Below, piece by piece: positions 9,735-20,087 of a stretch of DNA of 64,000 bases. The stretch is from Kofleriaceae bacterium (GTDB taxonomy: Bacteria; Myxococcota_A; Polyangia; Haliangiales; Haliangiaceae): assembly GCA_046597055.1 (NCBI GenBank), contig JBKJLC010000131.1, positions 1 to 64,000 of the forward strand, given 5' to 3'. Positions within the stretch are counted from its first letter, which is position 1. Each line of letters starts with the position of its first letter. Below the pieces are notes generated by a model. It saw nothing but the letters and a program-made list of their open reading frames with translations, did not search any database and had not been told where the DNA came from. The position numbers were made by a program, and so were the translations under genes.

Positions 9735-11696
9735 TCAGCGGGCGGTGCCGGCCGCCCGCAGCAGCGCGGTGACCAGCCCGTCGGGGTCCATCGCCTCGAA
9801 GTACGCGACATCCGCCACGATCACGAGCTTCCCGCGGGCGCGGGAGATGCTGACGTTCAGCAGATTCGGCGCGTCGGCGAGCAGCGCGCTCGGCCGCATC
9901 GGCGCGGCGTCGACGAGGTCGATCAGCACGACGTCGCACTCGCGGCCCTGGAAGCGATGGATGGTGCTGCACTCGACCGCGTTGCGGATCCGGCGCGCCG
10001 CGAGCAGCCGGCGGATCTCGGCCGCCTGCGCCGCGTAGGGTGTGATCACCGCGATCGAGGCGGCCCCGCCGCGCACGGCCTCGTGGGCCAGCTCCGCCGT
10101 GAGCTCGGCCGAGCCGCGATTGATCCGCGACGAGCCCTTGGCGGAGCGCTCGCAGGTCGTACGCGCCGCGGTGTCGACGACCACCACCGGCTGGCCCGGG
10201 AACGGCGCGCGCGCGGCGATCGCGGCGGTGGCGACCGGGTCGGCGCAGTGGACCAGCCGGTCGCCGTAGAACAGCCGGCCGACGATCGAGCCGATCGCGG
10301 GATGCATCCGGTACTGGGTCTCGAGCATCGCGACCATCGGCGACCGGGTCGGATCCGGCACCGTCACGTCGAAGATGCTGCGGCCGATGGCGCGGCGGAT
10401 CCGGTCGTCGTTCGATTGCACGATCGGCGGCAGCTGGCGGGGATCCCCGACCATGATCGCCCGCGCGCGGCACAGGCAGGCGGCGTGGAACAGCGCCGGC
10501 AAGGTCGCCATGCCGGCCTCCTCGGCGATCAGGACGTCGAAGCGCTGCTCGACCATGAGCGGCGACAGGTACGCGGTGGTCAGCGTGCACATCACCACCC
10601 GCGCGTCGGCCACCACGCGCGCCGCGAGGTCGCGGTCGGCGGCCGCGTGCGCCGCGACCCGGGCCCGCGCCAGCGTGCGGACCCGCTCGAGCCGGGCGAT
10701 GCGGGTCTCCAGCGCGCGCAGCTGCGCCCGCGGCGCGCGGGTCGCGATCACCTCGCCCAGCCCGGGCCCGAACAGCCGGTCCAGCGCGGCCGTGCGCAGC
10801 CGCGGCGGCTCGGCGAACAGCGACTGCTGCGGCGACAGCGCCGCGGCCAGCTCGCCGACCAGCGCGGTGCCGTAGCGCACCCGCTGCTCGACGTCGTCGA
10901 TCCGCGCGCGCAGGCGGACCCGCGCGGTGCCGTGGGCGTCGCGGCGCCGGGCCACGACGTCGCCGAGCTCGGCGCCGAAGGTCTCGGCGGTGCTGCGGCC
11001 AAGCCGGATCGCGGTGCCAGCCTCGACCGCGGCGACGAACCACGGCCGGGTCGACAGCTTCGCGAGCACCTCGTCGATCGCCGCGTTGGTCGTCGACGCC
11101 AGCAGGATGCGCTGGCCCTGCGCGAGCAGCTCCTCGACCACGTGGGTGAGCGTCACGGTCTTGCCGGTGCCCGGCGGTCCCCACACGAACGCGAGGCTGC
11201 TATCGCTGCACAGCTGGACCGCGGCGCGCTGGCTCGTGTCGAGCGCGCGGTGGTCGCCGCGCAGCAGGGTCGTCGTGCGCGCGGGCGGCCGCCGGCCGAA
11301 CAGCGTCAACCCCAGCTCGACCCCGTGGCGGTCCGGATCGAGGCGCGCCAGCGCGCCGTGCAGGCGGTCGTAGAGAAACCACGGGGCCACCAGGAGCGCG
11401 GCCGGCGCGGTGAGATCGATCGCGTGGGTCGCGGCCAGCGCGAGCCGCCCGTCGGCGGCCGACAGCCGCTCGATGGTCACGCTCTGCTCACCGAGCGGCG
11501 TGCGCAGCACGCACACGGCGCCCACGGTGAGCCGGTCGGCTCCGGCGGGGAGCTCGAAGCTGTAGTGGTAGGTGCCGAGGTCGAGGCCCTGCACGAGCGG
11601 GATCTCGAACGCCTCCGCCGCCGCGCGCATCGCGGCGACCTCGCCCTCGATGCCGCGCTGGAACGCGGCCACGAACCTGGCGAGCAGCTCGATCAT
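9735..11696 (-). CDS. Superfamily 1 helicase, DNA2/NAM7 (AAA_11/AAA_12) type
   Basis: WGPPGTGKT, STTNAAID, EEAGM, VGDPRQLPP, LETQYRMHP, VITPYAAQ, TIHRFQGRE, NVSISRAR. Confidence 0.9.
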   Translation of the reverse strand: MIELLARFVAAFQRGIEGEVAAMRAAAEAFEIPLVQGLDLGTYHYSFELPAGADRLTVGAVCVLRTPLGEQSVTIERLSAADGRLALAATHAIDLTAPAALLVAPWFLYDRLHGALARLDPDRHGVELGLTLFGRRPPARTTTLLRGDHRALDTSQRAAVQLCSDSSLAFVWGPPGTGKTVTLTHVVEELLAQGQRILLASTTNAAIDEVLAKLSTRPWFVAAVEAGTAIRLGRSTAETFGAELGDVVARRRDAHGTARVRLRARIDDVEQRVRYGTALVGELAAALSPQQSLFAEPPRLRTAALDRLFGPGLGEVIATRAPRAQLRALETRIARLERVRTLARARVAAHAAADRDLAARVVADARVVMCTLTTAYLSPLMVEQRFDVLIAEEAGMATLPALFHAACLCRARAIMVGDPRQLPPIVQSNDDRIRRAIGRSIFDVTVPDPTRSPMVAMLETQYRMHPAIGSIVGRLFYGDRLVHCADPVATAAIAARAPFPGQPVVVVDTAARTTCERSAKGSSRINRGSAELTAELAHEAVRGGAASIAVITPYAAQAAEIRRLLAARRIRNAVECSTIHRFQGRECDVVLIDLVDAAPMRPSALLADAPNLLNVSISRARGKLVIVADVAYFEAMDPDGLVTALLRAAGTAR

Positions 11697-11884
11697 GGAG
11701 CCCTCACCGTGCGCTGCTCCGCGTCCGCTGCCCACTTTTTCACCCCCCCCTCGTCGCCGACCTACCGCGCCAGGTCGGCGCGAGGACGAGGGATCTGATC
11801 CTCGTCCTCGCGCATGGAACGCGCGAGCGATTCCTCGAGCCGTGGCCCCCCGCGTCGGTCCGCCACCCGCGCCACCCGCGCCCG

Positions 11885-12343
11885 TCAAATGCTGATGTAG
11901 CCGAACCAGCCTTGTCGGCCAGCAGCGAGGATTTCGTCGTAGACGCTCCGGAAGCTAGCCATGGTCGGGGCGAGCTTCTCGGCAGCCTCGCGCGCCGTCT
12001 CGTCATCCGACCATATGAGGCCAGCTTCAAAGTGGATCAACAGCTCGCGTATGCTCGCGAGATCCGAGGTCCGCGCGCGCACGGCGCGATCGAAGTCGGA
12101 ATGCAACGCAGCGAGCTCGGGGATGTGCCTTCGCAATTGTACGGCTACCTCCGAATGTTCGGCGGAGCACGGTGCCGATTGGCAATGCCGTGACGAGTCG
12201 CTCCAGGAGGGGGGCGGCAACCGCATGGTGTGTATCGGAAGCTGACGACGCCGAGGGAAACGCGCGCGCTGCCGTCGCTCGTCCTCGTCGGAGCTGACGG
12301 CGTGCCTTAGGTTCCGCTGCGCGGGCGAGGTGTGGGTGGCCAT
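11885..12343 (-). CDS. Hypothetical protein in lower-GC patch (start uncertain)
   Basis: C-terminal ~80 aa look like a genuine helical protein; N-terminus is doubtful. Confidence 0.35.
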   Translation of the reverse strand: MATHTSPAQRNLRHAVSSDEDERRQRARFPRRRQLPIHTMRLPPPSWSDSSRHCQSAPCSAEHSEVAVQLRRHIPELAALHSDFDRAVRARTSDLASIRELLIHFEAGLIWSDDETAREAAEKLAPTMASFRSVYDEILAAGRQGWFGYISI

Positions 12344-12445
12344 CCAGGGCGGCGCGGATCCGGTGGCGGGACCGCAAGGGGCGACGCCGATGTTCTGCGC
12401 CGAGTTCGTACTTTGAGCAGAGGGCGAAGCGCGAATAGACGAGGA

Positions 12446-12727
12446 TCAGCGCGCGCGGATGCGTGGGCGGTAGCTCGCGCCATAGACGATCCGCGACAGC
12501 CCCCACAAGCCGAAGAGGATGGCGAACCCGGGGCCCCAGTAGTAAGGGCCTGGCTTGAGTCGCCACTCGTTGAGACGTTCGACTTGGAGGCCAAATACCG
12601 CGTCGCCGGCGAGGCGTAGGAGGTCGCCGTCAGTCCACGGCTTGTGAGCGGGCAGCCAAGACAGCAACGCCCAGAGCGCCACGCCCACCAACAGTACACC
12701 GAAGACGATCGATCCCGTCTTCGGCAT
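12446..12727 (-). CDS. Small two-TM membrane protein
   Basis: Two hydrophobic segments (IVFGVLLVGVALWALL; PGFAILFGLWGL). Confidence 0.55.
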   Translation of the reverse strand: MPKTGSIVFGVLLVGVALWALLSWLPAHKPWTDGDLLRLAGDAVFGLQVERLNEWRLKPGPYYWGPGFAILFGLWGLSRIVYGASYRPRIRAR

Positions 12728-12945
12728 TACGGGCCCATAGGCCCAACCGGTCGCTTGCGCCGGCGCGGCTGCGATCGGAGCGATGGGCGGTGGCGTGTAG
12801 GAGGCTGGAACGCGGTTCCGGTCAGCTCGCGAAGGTTTTCTACGCCTGGACCGAAACCGGGGGGTCAGTGCGTGGCCCTGGGCGTCGCCGCCGTGCTGAG
12901 CTGCTCCGGCGGATGCGCCACGGGGGCGACACCGCGGCGGCGCGC

Positions 12946-13020
12946 GGACTCCTGGTGAAGACCCGGCTCCTCACCGGCGCGCGGGTCGCCGAGTTCGTTT
13001 CGCTGCGGGCCGAGGATCTC
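12946..13020 (+). pseudogene. Tyrosine recombinase/integrase remnant (box I)
   Basis: GLLVKTRLLTGARVAEFVSLRAEDL resembles the L..TG.R.SE...L...D box I motif; the rest of the gene is absent. Confidence 0.55.
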
Positions 13021-15277
13021 AGAGCGACGGGGTGACGCCCAGCTCGGTCAGGACGTGGTCGGCCTGATCGACCGCGTCGGCGACCCACAGGATGTAGCGG
13101 ATATCGGTGGCGATGCTGCGCGTGGTCTCGGCCTTGAAGTACACCTCCGACGCGACGCCCTCCTTGTTGCGGTCGAAGTGGAGGCCGACCAGGCGACCGT
13201 GGGCGTCAAGGATCGGCGAGCCCGAGTTGCCCCCGGTGGTGTCGACGTCGGACAGGAAGTCGACCGGGACCACGCCGAGCGCGGCGGGCGCGTAGGGGCC
13301 CCAGGTGCCGGCGCGGACCGCGGTCAGCAGCTTCGCCGGCGCGTCGAACGGCTCGACGCCGGTGTGCTTGCCGACCAGCTCGGCGACGGTGGTGAACGGC
13401 AGGTAGGTCGGCGCCGCCGGCTGCGGGCGGTAGCCGCGCACGATCCCGTACGAGAGCCGCAGCGTGGAGTTGGCGTCGGGCGCGACCCGGCCTCCGGCGT
13501 GGGCCAGCAGCCCCTCGGCATGGACCGGCGCCAGCAGCAGGAGCTCGCCGCGATCGGCGTCGTCCCGCGCGATCATGGCCTCGATCTGCGGATGCAGCGC
13601 CACCGCCAGCGCGATGAACGGGTCCTTCGACGCGGCCAGCGCCTTCGGGGTGGCGTCGACCAGCGCCAGCCGGTGCGCGGGGTCCTCGAGCTTGGTCTTC
13701 GCGTAGAACCGGTCGAGCGCCGCGTCGAGCGCCGGCTCGTCGACCGGCTTGCCGCGGGCGATCCCGAGCATGGGCCGCAGCCACGCCGCCGCCGCCGGCT
13801 CAGCCGCCGCGCGGGTCAACATGAGCTTCCACAGCGTGCGATCGAGGGTGCGGTCGAACCGCTTGGCGAACGTCTGGTGACCGGCCACGATCAGCGAGCG
13901 ATCGCGGTCCTGGAAGCCGGGCTTGCGGTCGGCGTCGGGCTTGCGGTGCTCGTGCGCCCAGCGGACGAAGAAGATCGCGTCGGACAGGAGGGTCGAGCCG
14001 TAGACCGCGTCGTCCCAGGCCTCCTCGGCGTCGTCGAGCTTCCACATCGCGGCGAGCTTGGCGTCGTGAGCAGCCAGGGCGTCGACGAAGCGCTGCCGCG
14101 ACGGGTCGGCGGCCGCCCAGGTCCGGTAGGCCTGCTCGTCGGTATCCTTGCGCCCGATGCGATCGGAGGCCCGCAGCGTGTCGAGGATGCCGCCGATCTT
14201 CTCGAGCCCGTTCTGGACCCGCTGGCGCATCACCCCGGCCTTGATCGCGGTCTCGCCCGGCGTCGCCTGCAGCGCGGCCAGCAGCGCCATCTTCTGGTTC
14301 GACTTCTCGATGTAGCGCGGGTACGACCACGCCGACTGCCGGCGCAGCTCGGCGACGGTCTGGTGGCGACTGGTCCGGCCCGGATAGCCGGCGACGAAGA
14401 CCAGGTCGTCCGCGGCCACGCCCGGCCCCAGCCGCAGGTGCGCGGCCGGCGTGAACGGCACGTTGTCGGGCGACGGATCGGCGGGCTGGCCATCCTTGCC
14501 GACGTAGGCGCGCAGGAACGCGAAGTCGCCGGTGTGGCGCGGCCAGGACCAGTTGTCGATCTCGCCGCCGTAGTTGCCGACCGAGCGTTCGGGCACGTAG
14601 ACCATCCGCACGTCGCGGATCTCGAGGTACTCGATGAGCTGCCACTCGAAGCCGGCGAAGAACGAAGCGACCTTGCACTTCACCGCGGGTCGCCCCGCCT
14701 CGCAGGCCGCGACCAGGGCCTTCTCGCGGCCCTCGACGGCGAGCGCGCGCTGGCGTGGATCGGCGATCGCCTCGATCCCCGTCAAGATCTCCCGAGAGAC
14801 GTCGCGCACCTTCTGCGCCACGTAGATCCGCTGGGTCGCGCCGGCCGGCTTCTCGTCGGCCCGGGTCGCGGCGAGGAACCCGCGCTCGACCAGGTTGTCG
14901 CTCGGGGTCGAACCCAGCTGCAGCGCGCCCTGGACGCAGTGGTGGTTCGTGATCACCAGGCCGTGGGGCGAGACGAACGAACCGGTGCAACCGCCGAGGC
15001 TGACCACCGCCGACAGCGGCGGCGCGGTCAGATCGGACAGCGTGGCCGGGTCGACCGCGAGCCCGAGCCCGGCGAGGAGCTTGCCCTGCTCGCCGAGCTG
15101 GCGCGGCATCCACATGCCACCCGGATTGGCGAACGCCTGGCGCCGGGCCAGCGCCTGCTCGACCGGGGGAGATCGGACGCCGCGGCCAGCGGGGCCGTCG
15201 CCGCCCGTTGGCGGTCGCGACGGGGCGCTGCACGCGACGAGGAGCAGGAGCGCAGGCAGGAGGCGTTCCGTGGACAT
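13019..15277 (-). CDS. S46 family dipeptidyl peptidase (lipoprotein)
   Basis: GGMWMP, GGCTGSFVS..GLVITNHHC, DNWSWPRHTGDF, DTTGGNSGSP; lipobox LVAC. Confidence 0.95.
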   Translation of the reverse strand: MSTERLLPALLLLVACSAPSRPPTGGDGPAGRGVRSPPVEQALARRQAFANPGGMWMPRQLGEQGKLLAGLGLAVDPATLSDLTAPPLSAVVSLGGCTGSFVSPHGLVITNHHCVQGALQLGSTPSDNLVERGFLAATRADEKPAGATQRIYVAQKVRDVSREILTGIEAIADPRQRALAVEGREKALVAACEAGRPAVKCKVASFFAGFEWQLIEYLEIRDVRMVYVPERSVGNYGGEIDNWSWPRHTGDFAFLRAYVGKDGQPADPSPDNVPFTPAAHLRLGPGVAADDLVFVAGYPGRTSRHQTVAELRRQSAWSYPRYIEKSNQKMALLAALQATPGETAIKAGVMRQRVQNGLEKIGGILDTLRASDRIGRKDTDEQAYRTWAAADPSRQRFVDALAAHDAKLAAMWKLDDAEEAWDDAVYGSTLLSDAIFFVRWAHEHRKPDADRKPGFQDRDRSLIVAGHQTFAKRFDRTLDRTLWKLMLTRAAAEPAAAAWLRPMLGIARGKPVDEPALDAALDRFYAKTKLEDPAHRLALVDATPKALAASKDPFIALAVALHPQIEAMIARDDADRGELLLLAPVHAEGLLAHAGGRVAPDANSTLRLSYGIVRGYRPQPAAPTYLPFTTVAELVGKHTGVEPFDAPAKLLTAVRAGTWGPYAPAALGVVPVDFLSDVDTTGGNSGSPILDAHGRLVGLHFDRNKEGVASEVYFKAETTRSIATDIRYILWVADAVDQADHVLTELGVTPSL

Positions 15278-15363
15278 CACGCCGCGGATACTAGCGACCG
15301 CCCCTGCCCCTGCCTACCGCGCCGCGCAGTTTGGGCCCCGCGGCGCGTCGCCGGGGCTCGCCA

Positions 15364-16425
15364 CTACCGCGCCTGCGGACGGAGCGAGGCGAGGTCGATC
15401 ACGAACCGGTACTTGACGTCGCTCGCGAGCATGCGCTCGTACGCCTGGTTGATCTCGGCGATGTCGATCACCTCGACGTCGGCGGTGATCCCGTGGGCGG
15501 CGCAGAAGTCGAGCATCTCCTGGGTCTCGGCGATGCCGCCGATGATCGACCCGGCCACCGCCTTGCGCCCCAGGATCAGCGGCACGCTGGCGAGCGCGGG
15601 CTCGATCGGCCCCAGGTAGCCGACCAGCACGAGCGTGCCGTTGACCGCGAGCGTGGGCAGGTAGGGGTTGAGGTCGTGCTGGTACGGGACGGTGTCGATG
15701 ATCAGATCGAACTCGCCGCGCACGGCCGCCATCTGCGCCGGGTCGGTCGACAGCACGATGCGCTCGGCGCCGAGCCGCCGGGCGTCGTCGCCCTTCTGCG
15801 GCGACCGCGTGAACAGCGTGACCCGGGCGCCCAGCGCCTTGCCGAGCTTGAGCGCCATGTGCCCGAGCCCGCCGAGCCCGATCACGGCCAGCGTCGTGCC
15901 CTCCCCGACCTTCCAGTGCCGCAGCGGCGACCACGTCGTGATCCCGGCGCACAGGAGCGGCGCCGCGGCCTTGAGGTCGCAGCCGTCCGGGATCGTCACG
16001 ACGAACTTCTCGTTGACCACGATCGCCTGGGAGTACCCGCCCTGGGTCGGCTGCCCGTCCTTGGGGTCGACGCCGTTGTAGGTCAGCACCATGCCCGGGC
16101 AGTACTGCTCGTGGCCCCGCGCGCACGACGCGCAGCGCTGGCACGAATCGACCAGGCACCCGACCCCGACCTCATCACCGCGCTTCACCCGCGTCACCTC
16201 GGCCCCGACGCTGACGACCCGCCCGACGATCTCGTGGCCGGGCACCATCGGGTGCACCGCGCCGCCCCAGTCGTTGCGGACGCTGTGGACGTCCGAGTGG
16301 CAGACCCCGCAGTACAGGATCTCGATCACCACGTCGTCGGGCCGCGGCTCGCGGCGCTCGAAGGAGAACGGGACCAGCGGCGTGGTGGCGGAGTGAGCGG
16401 CGTACCCGAGCACGTTCGTCGTCAT
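15364..16425 (-). CDS. Zn-dependent NAD(P) alcohol dehydrogenase (YahK/cinnamyl-ADH type)
   Basis: CGVCHSD, GHEIVG, structural-Zn Cys cluster, LLCAGITT, GLGGLGHM, YRFVID. Confidence 0.95.
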   Translation of the reverse strand: MTTNVLGYAAHSATTPLVPFSFERREPRPDDVVIEILYCGVCHSDVHSVRNDWGGAVHPMVPGHEIVGRVVSVGAEVTRVKRGDEVGVGCLVDSCQRCASCARGHEQYCPGMVLTYNGVDPKDGQPTQGGYSQAIVVNEKFVVTIPDGCDLKAAAPLLCAGITTWSPLRHWKVGEGTTLAVIGLGGLGHMALKLGKALGARVTLFTRSPQKGDDARRLGAERIVLSTDPAQMAAVRGEFDLIIDTVPYQHDLNPYLPTLAVNGTLVLVGYLGPIEPALASVPLILGRKAVAGSIIGGIAETQEMLDFCAAHGITADVEVIDIAEINQAYERMLASDVKYRFVIDLASLRPQAR

Positions 16426-16502
16426 GGCTGCTGTTTACCGCGCAACCGGTCGAGCGATAAGTCCGAGTTGTCGGCATGCGCGCATGCCACCGGTCATGAC
16501 GG

Positions 16503-16528
16503 CGGCGCCGGCACCGGTGCCGGCGCCG
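16503..16528. repeat. Perfect 26-bp palindrome (intergenic hairpin)
   Basis: CGGCGCCGGCACCGGTGCCGGCGCCG; a second palindrome GGCATGCGCGCATGCC lies at 16473-16488. Confidence 0.6.
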
Positions 16529-16555
16529 TCCGCCCCGAGTCACGGGCGCGCCGCG

Positions 16556-19288
16556 CTATGGTGGGCCTGCGGGCGCGGTGATCTGCCCGAGGTCGAACCG
16601 GCGGCCGGCGACGAAGGTCAAGGCCCGGGTCGCCAGCGGCTTGTGGCCGGGCCCGGCGGCGTACACGCTCACCCGGCCCGCCCCCGCGTTGATCCGGCCG
16701 ATCTCGAAGCGGCCGGCGGCGTCGGTGACGATCCCGCCGCCCGACATCGCGGCCCCCATCACGCTGCCGTCGCTCCCGGCGACCACGCGCAGGCCGGGAC
16801 GCGGCGCGCCGGCGGCGTCGACCACCCCGCCGACCACGGACGCCCAGCGAACCAGCGCCAGATCGAGGCGGGTCTGGGTGGCCCCGACCTCGGTCGTGCC
16901 CTGGGCGGCACCGGCGTCGGCGACCACCTCGCAGGCGTAGGTGTACGGCGGCAGATGATCGAGGCGATACCCGCCGTCAGCCGCGCTCACCCGACGGCGG
17001 TACCGCTCGCCACCGCGGCCGCGGCAGGTGAGCTCGTACGCGGTGAGCGGCGTCCCGTCGAGCGTCACCGTGCCGACCAGCGCGCCGGCGCGCTCGAGCC
17101 GCAAGGTCACGGTCGCGCCGAGCGTCACCCCCGGCTGGTGGGCGCGGCCGCCGCCCCTGGTCGCCTCGGCGACGAGGAAGTAGGTGCCGCGGCGCAGCTG
17201 CGTGATCGCGAACCGGCCGTCGTCGTCGCAGAGGACGGTGGTCCCACGGTCGGTGCCCGAGGGGTCGGCGCCGAGATCGCTGTTGAGGGCGGTGACCCAC
17301 GCGTCACGGGCCGGGTTGCCATCCGGGTCGAGCACGAGGCCGCGGATGAGGCCGGCCCGCGCCTCGACGCGCAGGGTCACGCCGCGCCGCTCCTCGGCGG
17401 CCGCGAGGGTCACCTGGGCGGGGGCGTGCGCCGCCGGGTCGGCCCAGCCCAGCGGGACCTGCTCGTCCTCGACCACGAGGGCGAAGCCGCCGGCCTCGAG
17501 CCCACCGATCCGGAAGCTGCCGTCGGGCGCCGTGACCGTGGGGTGCGCGTCGGCCTCGGGCGGCCACCACGTCGTGCGGCGCGCGCCCGACGTGGCGGTG
17601 ACGTTCACGCCGGCGACCGCGGCGCCGGTCGCGTCGACGACCCGGCCCGCGATCGCGCCGCGGGCCTCGAGCGGCACCACCAGGCCGGCCTGATCGGTCG
17701 TGCTGACCACGACCCGCAAGGTGCCCACGCGCCCGTCGCGGGCCTCGGCGACCAGCGTGAACGCCCCCGGCGGCACGTTGCTCAGCGTGAACGCGCCGGT
17801 CGCGTCGCTGTCGCCGCGCACCAGGCTCGCGGCCCAGCCGAGGTAGCCGAAGCGGACCAACGACGCAGGCACCTCGAGCGCCAGCGTCGCGACCGCCCCC
17901 GGCTCGACCCGCCCGCGCAGGGTGACGCCGGCGTCGACCGTCAGGATCACGTCGGTGACGTCGTGATCGACGACCTCGATGATCTCGCCCCGGGTCGGCA
18001 TCGCGCCGCCGCCGGTCATGGACGTCATGTAGGAGCCCGGCGCCAGCCCGGTGATCTCGAAGTAGCCGTCGGCCCCGCTCGACGGCGCGACCGCGGTCTG
18101 GGTCCCGCCTTGCGAGCCCACCGACACCTCCACGCCGGGGACGCCCTCACCGGGCGCGCCGGCGCGCACCACGAAGCCCGCCACCGTGTAGGCGCGCTCG
18201 ACCAGGAGCTCGACGCCATCGAGCTCTTCGCCGATCCCGAGCTCGACCACGGTCGGTCCGCCCGACGCGTGACCGCGCGCGGTCGCCTCCAGCGAGACCG
18301 TGCCCGAGGCCACGCCGCGCAGCGTGAAGGTTCCATCGGCGGCGGTGACGGTCGCGCCCTCGTAGTCGCGGCGATGCCGGGCGCCGCCGCGGTGGCCCCC
18401 GCGGGCGATGACCTTGGCGCCGGCGACCGGCTCGCGGGTGTCGCGCGCGAGGACCTGGCCCCGGATGACCGCGCCGGGCGTGAGCGTGAAGTCGAGCGTG
18501 ACCGGGTGCTCGGCGAGCACGATCGAGTGGGTGGCCGCGGTGTACTCGGCGTGGGTCGCGGACCCGCGCCAGCTCCCGTCGGCCAGCCGCAGCCGGTAGC
18601 GACCGTCGTCGCCGGTGACCGTGACGTACCCGGGATCGTCGTCACGCCCACCCAGCTCGGCCGGGCTGAACCGCACCTGGGCACCGGCGATCCCGCCACC
18701 GCCGATGTCGCTGACCATGCCGCTGACCGGCGTGCCGCCGGCCTCGAGCAACAACTCGACCCCGGTCCGGGCGGTCCCGGCCACGAGCGCGACGTCGACC
18801 CGGGCCGGCAACAGGTCCGCGACCGACGCGGTCACGACGTACGCGCCGGGCGGCATCGACGGCGCCGACCACGCGCCGGTCGCGTCGGTGATGACGATCA
18901 GGGCGTCCTCGTACCGCTGGCCGGGGCCGCTCGAGCTGCCGTGGGATCGGCCGGTGATCGCGACCACCGCGCCGTCGACCGCGCGGCCGTCGGCGCGGCG
19001 CCGCACGTGGCCCGCCAGCGACGCCGGCTGCCGGTCGACCGCCGCGCCGACGCGGGCCGCGCGCTCGCGAGCGGCGAACGCGCCCGCGCTGCCGTCGGCG
19101 AGGCCGGGCGCGTGACCGGGCGCCGCCGTCACCGGCCGCGCCGGCGCGTCGGCGCCGAGCGGCCACCAGACCAGCCCGGCCAGGACGAGCGCGAGCAGCG
19201 CGAGCACGGCCGCTATCCGGACGCGGGTCCGGCTGCCCGCGCGCCGCGCTCGATCTGCTTCGCTCCCCGACCGGCCCGCCTCTGACAT
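16556..19288 (-). CDS. Membrane-anchored protein with multiple carboxypeptidase-regulatory-like (Cna-B type) domains
   Basis: N-terminal TM, then repeated GxVxD..G.PV.GA.V / TD..G.F.L..L..G.Y units. Confidence 0.85.
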   Translation of the reverse strand: MSEAGRSGSEADRARRAGSRTRVRIAAVLALLALVLAGLVWWPLGADAPARPVTAAPGHAPGLADGSAGAFAARERAARVGAAVDRQPASLAGHVRRRADGRAVDGAVVAITGRSHGSSSGPGQRYEDALIVITDATGAWSAPSMPPGAYVVTASVADLLPARVDVALVAGTARTGVELLLEAGGTPVSGMVSDIGGGGIAGAQVRFSPAELGGRDDDPGYVTVTGDDGRYRLRLADGSWRGSATHAEYTAATHSIVLAEHPVTLDFTLTPGAVIRGQVLARDTREPVAGAKVIARGGHRGGARHRRDYEGATVTAADGTFTLRGVASGTVSLEATARGHASGGPTVVELGIGEELDGVELLVERAYTVAGFVVRAGAPGEGVPGVEVSVGSQGGTQTAVAPSSGADGYFEITGLAPGSYMTSMTGGGAMPTRGEIIEVVDHDVTDVILTVDAGVTLRGRVEPGAVATLALEVPASLVRFGYLGWAASLVRGDSDATGAFTLSNVPPGAFTLVAEARDGRVGTLRVVVSTTDQAGLVVPLEARGAIAGRVVDATGAAVAGVNVTATSGARRTTWWPPEADAHPTVTAPDGSFRIGGLEAGGFALVVEDEQVPLGWADPAAHAPAQVTLAAAEERRGVTLRVEARAGLIRGLVLDPDGNPARDAWVTALNSDLGADPSGTDRGTTVLCDDDGRFAITQLRRGTYFLVAEATRGGGRAHQPGVTLGATVTLRLERAGALVGTVTLDGTPLTAYELTCRGRGGERYRRRVSAADGGYRLDHLPPYTYACEVVADAGAAQGTTEVGATQTRLDLALVRWASVVGGVVDAAGAPRPGLRVVAGSDGSVMGAAMSGGGIVTDAAGRFEIGRINAGAGRVSVYAAGPGHKPLATRALTFVAGRRFDLGQITAPAGPP

Positions 19289-19402
19289 GCAAGGAGTAGT
19301 ACGACCGCGGCGGCCCGATTGCGACCTGCGCTTGCTCACGAACGTAGATCACCGCCCGGTCGACCGACCGCAACCGAGGTGGGCCAGCCGTGTCCAGCGA
19401 GG

Positions 19403-19960
19403 ATGACCCACCTTCGCGCCGGCCGCTCGCGCGCCATTCTCGCTGGGGTGGCGCTCGCGGTGCTTCCGCTGGGCGCGCTCGGCGCGCTGCTGGGAGCGGG
19501 CGCCGCCGGCACTCTCGACTCCGACGATCTCGCGCCCGACCTCTTCGCCGTCACTGTCCAAGGCCAGATGGGCCCGGCGCCGTCATCACAGGTGTGCGGG
19601 GAACCAGCACCGATGGTCGTGGTCGTCGTGGACCACCAGGACGTGCAGATGCACGTCACACGGATCCTGATCGCGCCCGTCACCGTGCGTCGCACCGCGG
19701 ACGGTTGGGCGCGCGTCGCCGACCACCTCGCGGTGCTGAAGTCAGAGAGGGCCTTCGTCGAGCGCAATGACATCCTGATCGTGCCGGGGGCACCCGACCT
19801 GCCACTCCAGGACCTGGTCGCGGCGTTCGATGCCGCCGGCAGCGTTGGCTTCGATGGCTTCGGACTGGCCGTCAACTTCGCTGCCACCCACCTGCCACGG
19901 CGCGACCACCCCGACCTCGCGCACCGCCTGCGCTGGCTGCCAGCCGGCCGCCTGGATTGA
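19403..19960 (+). CDS. ExbD/TolR-like protein
   Basis: N-terminal TM; C-terminal ILIVP...LPLQDLVAAFDAA..VGF pattern. Confidence 0.5.
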   Translation: MTHLRAGRSRAILAGVALAVLPLGALGALLGAGAAGTLDSDDLAPDLFAVTVQGQMGPAPSSQVCGEPAPMVVVVVDHQDVQMHVTRILIAPVTVRRTADGWARVADHLAVLKSERAFVERNDILIVPGAPDLPLQDLVAAFDAAGSVGFDGFGLAVNFAATHLPRRDHPDLAHRLRWLPAGRLD

Positions 19961-20087
19961 CGCGGATCGAGTGGGGCGAGGACGAGGTGTGAATCAACCC
20001 CACGCACCAGACGCTCGTCCGCCGACCCGGAGTTGCGCGTGACGAGCCACGGATTGCCGTGGGTGGCCGGGATCCGCGGGGTGGCGA

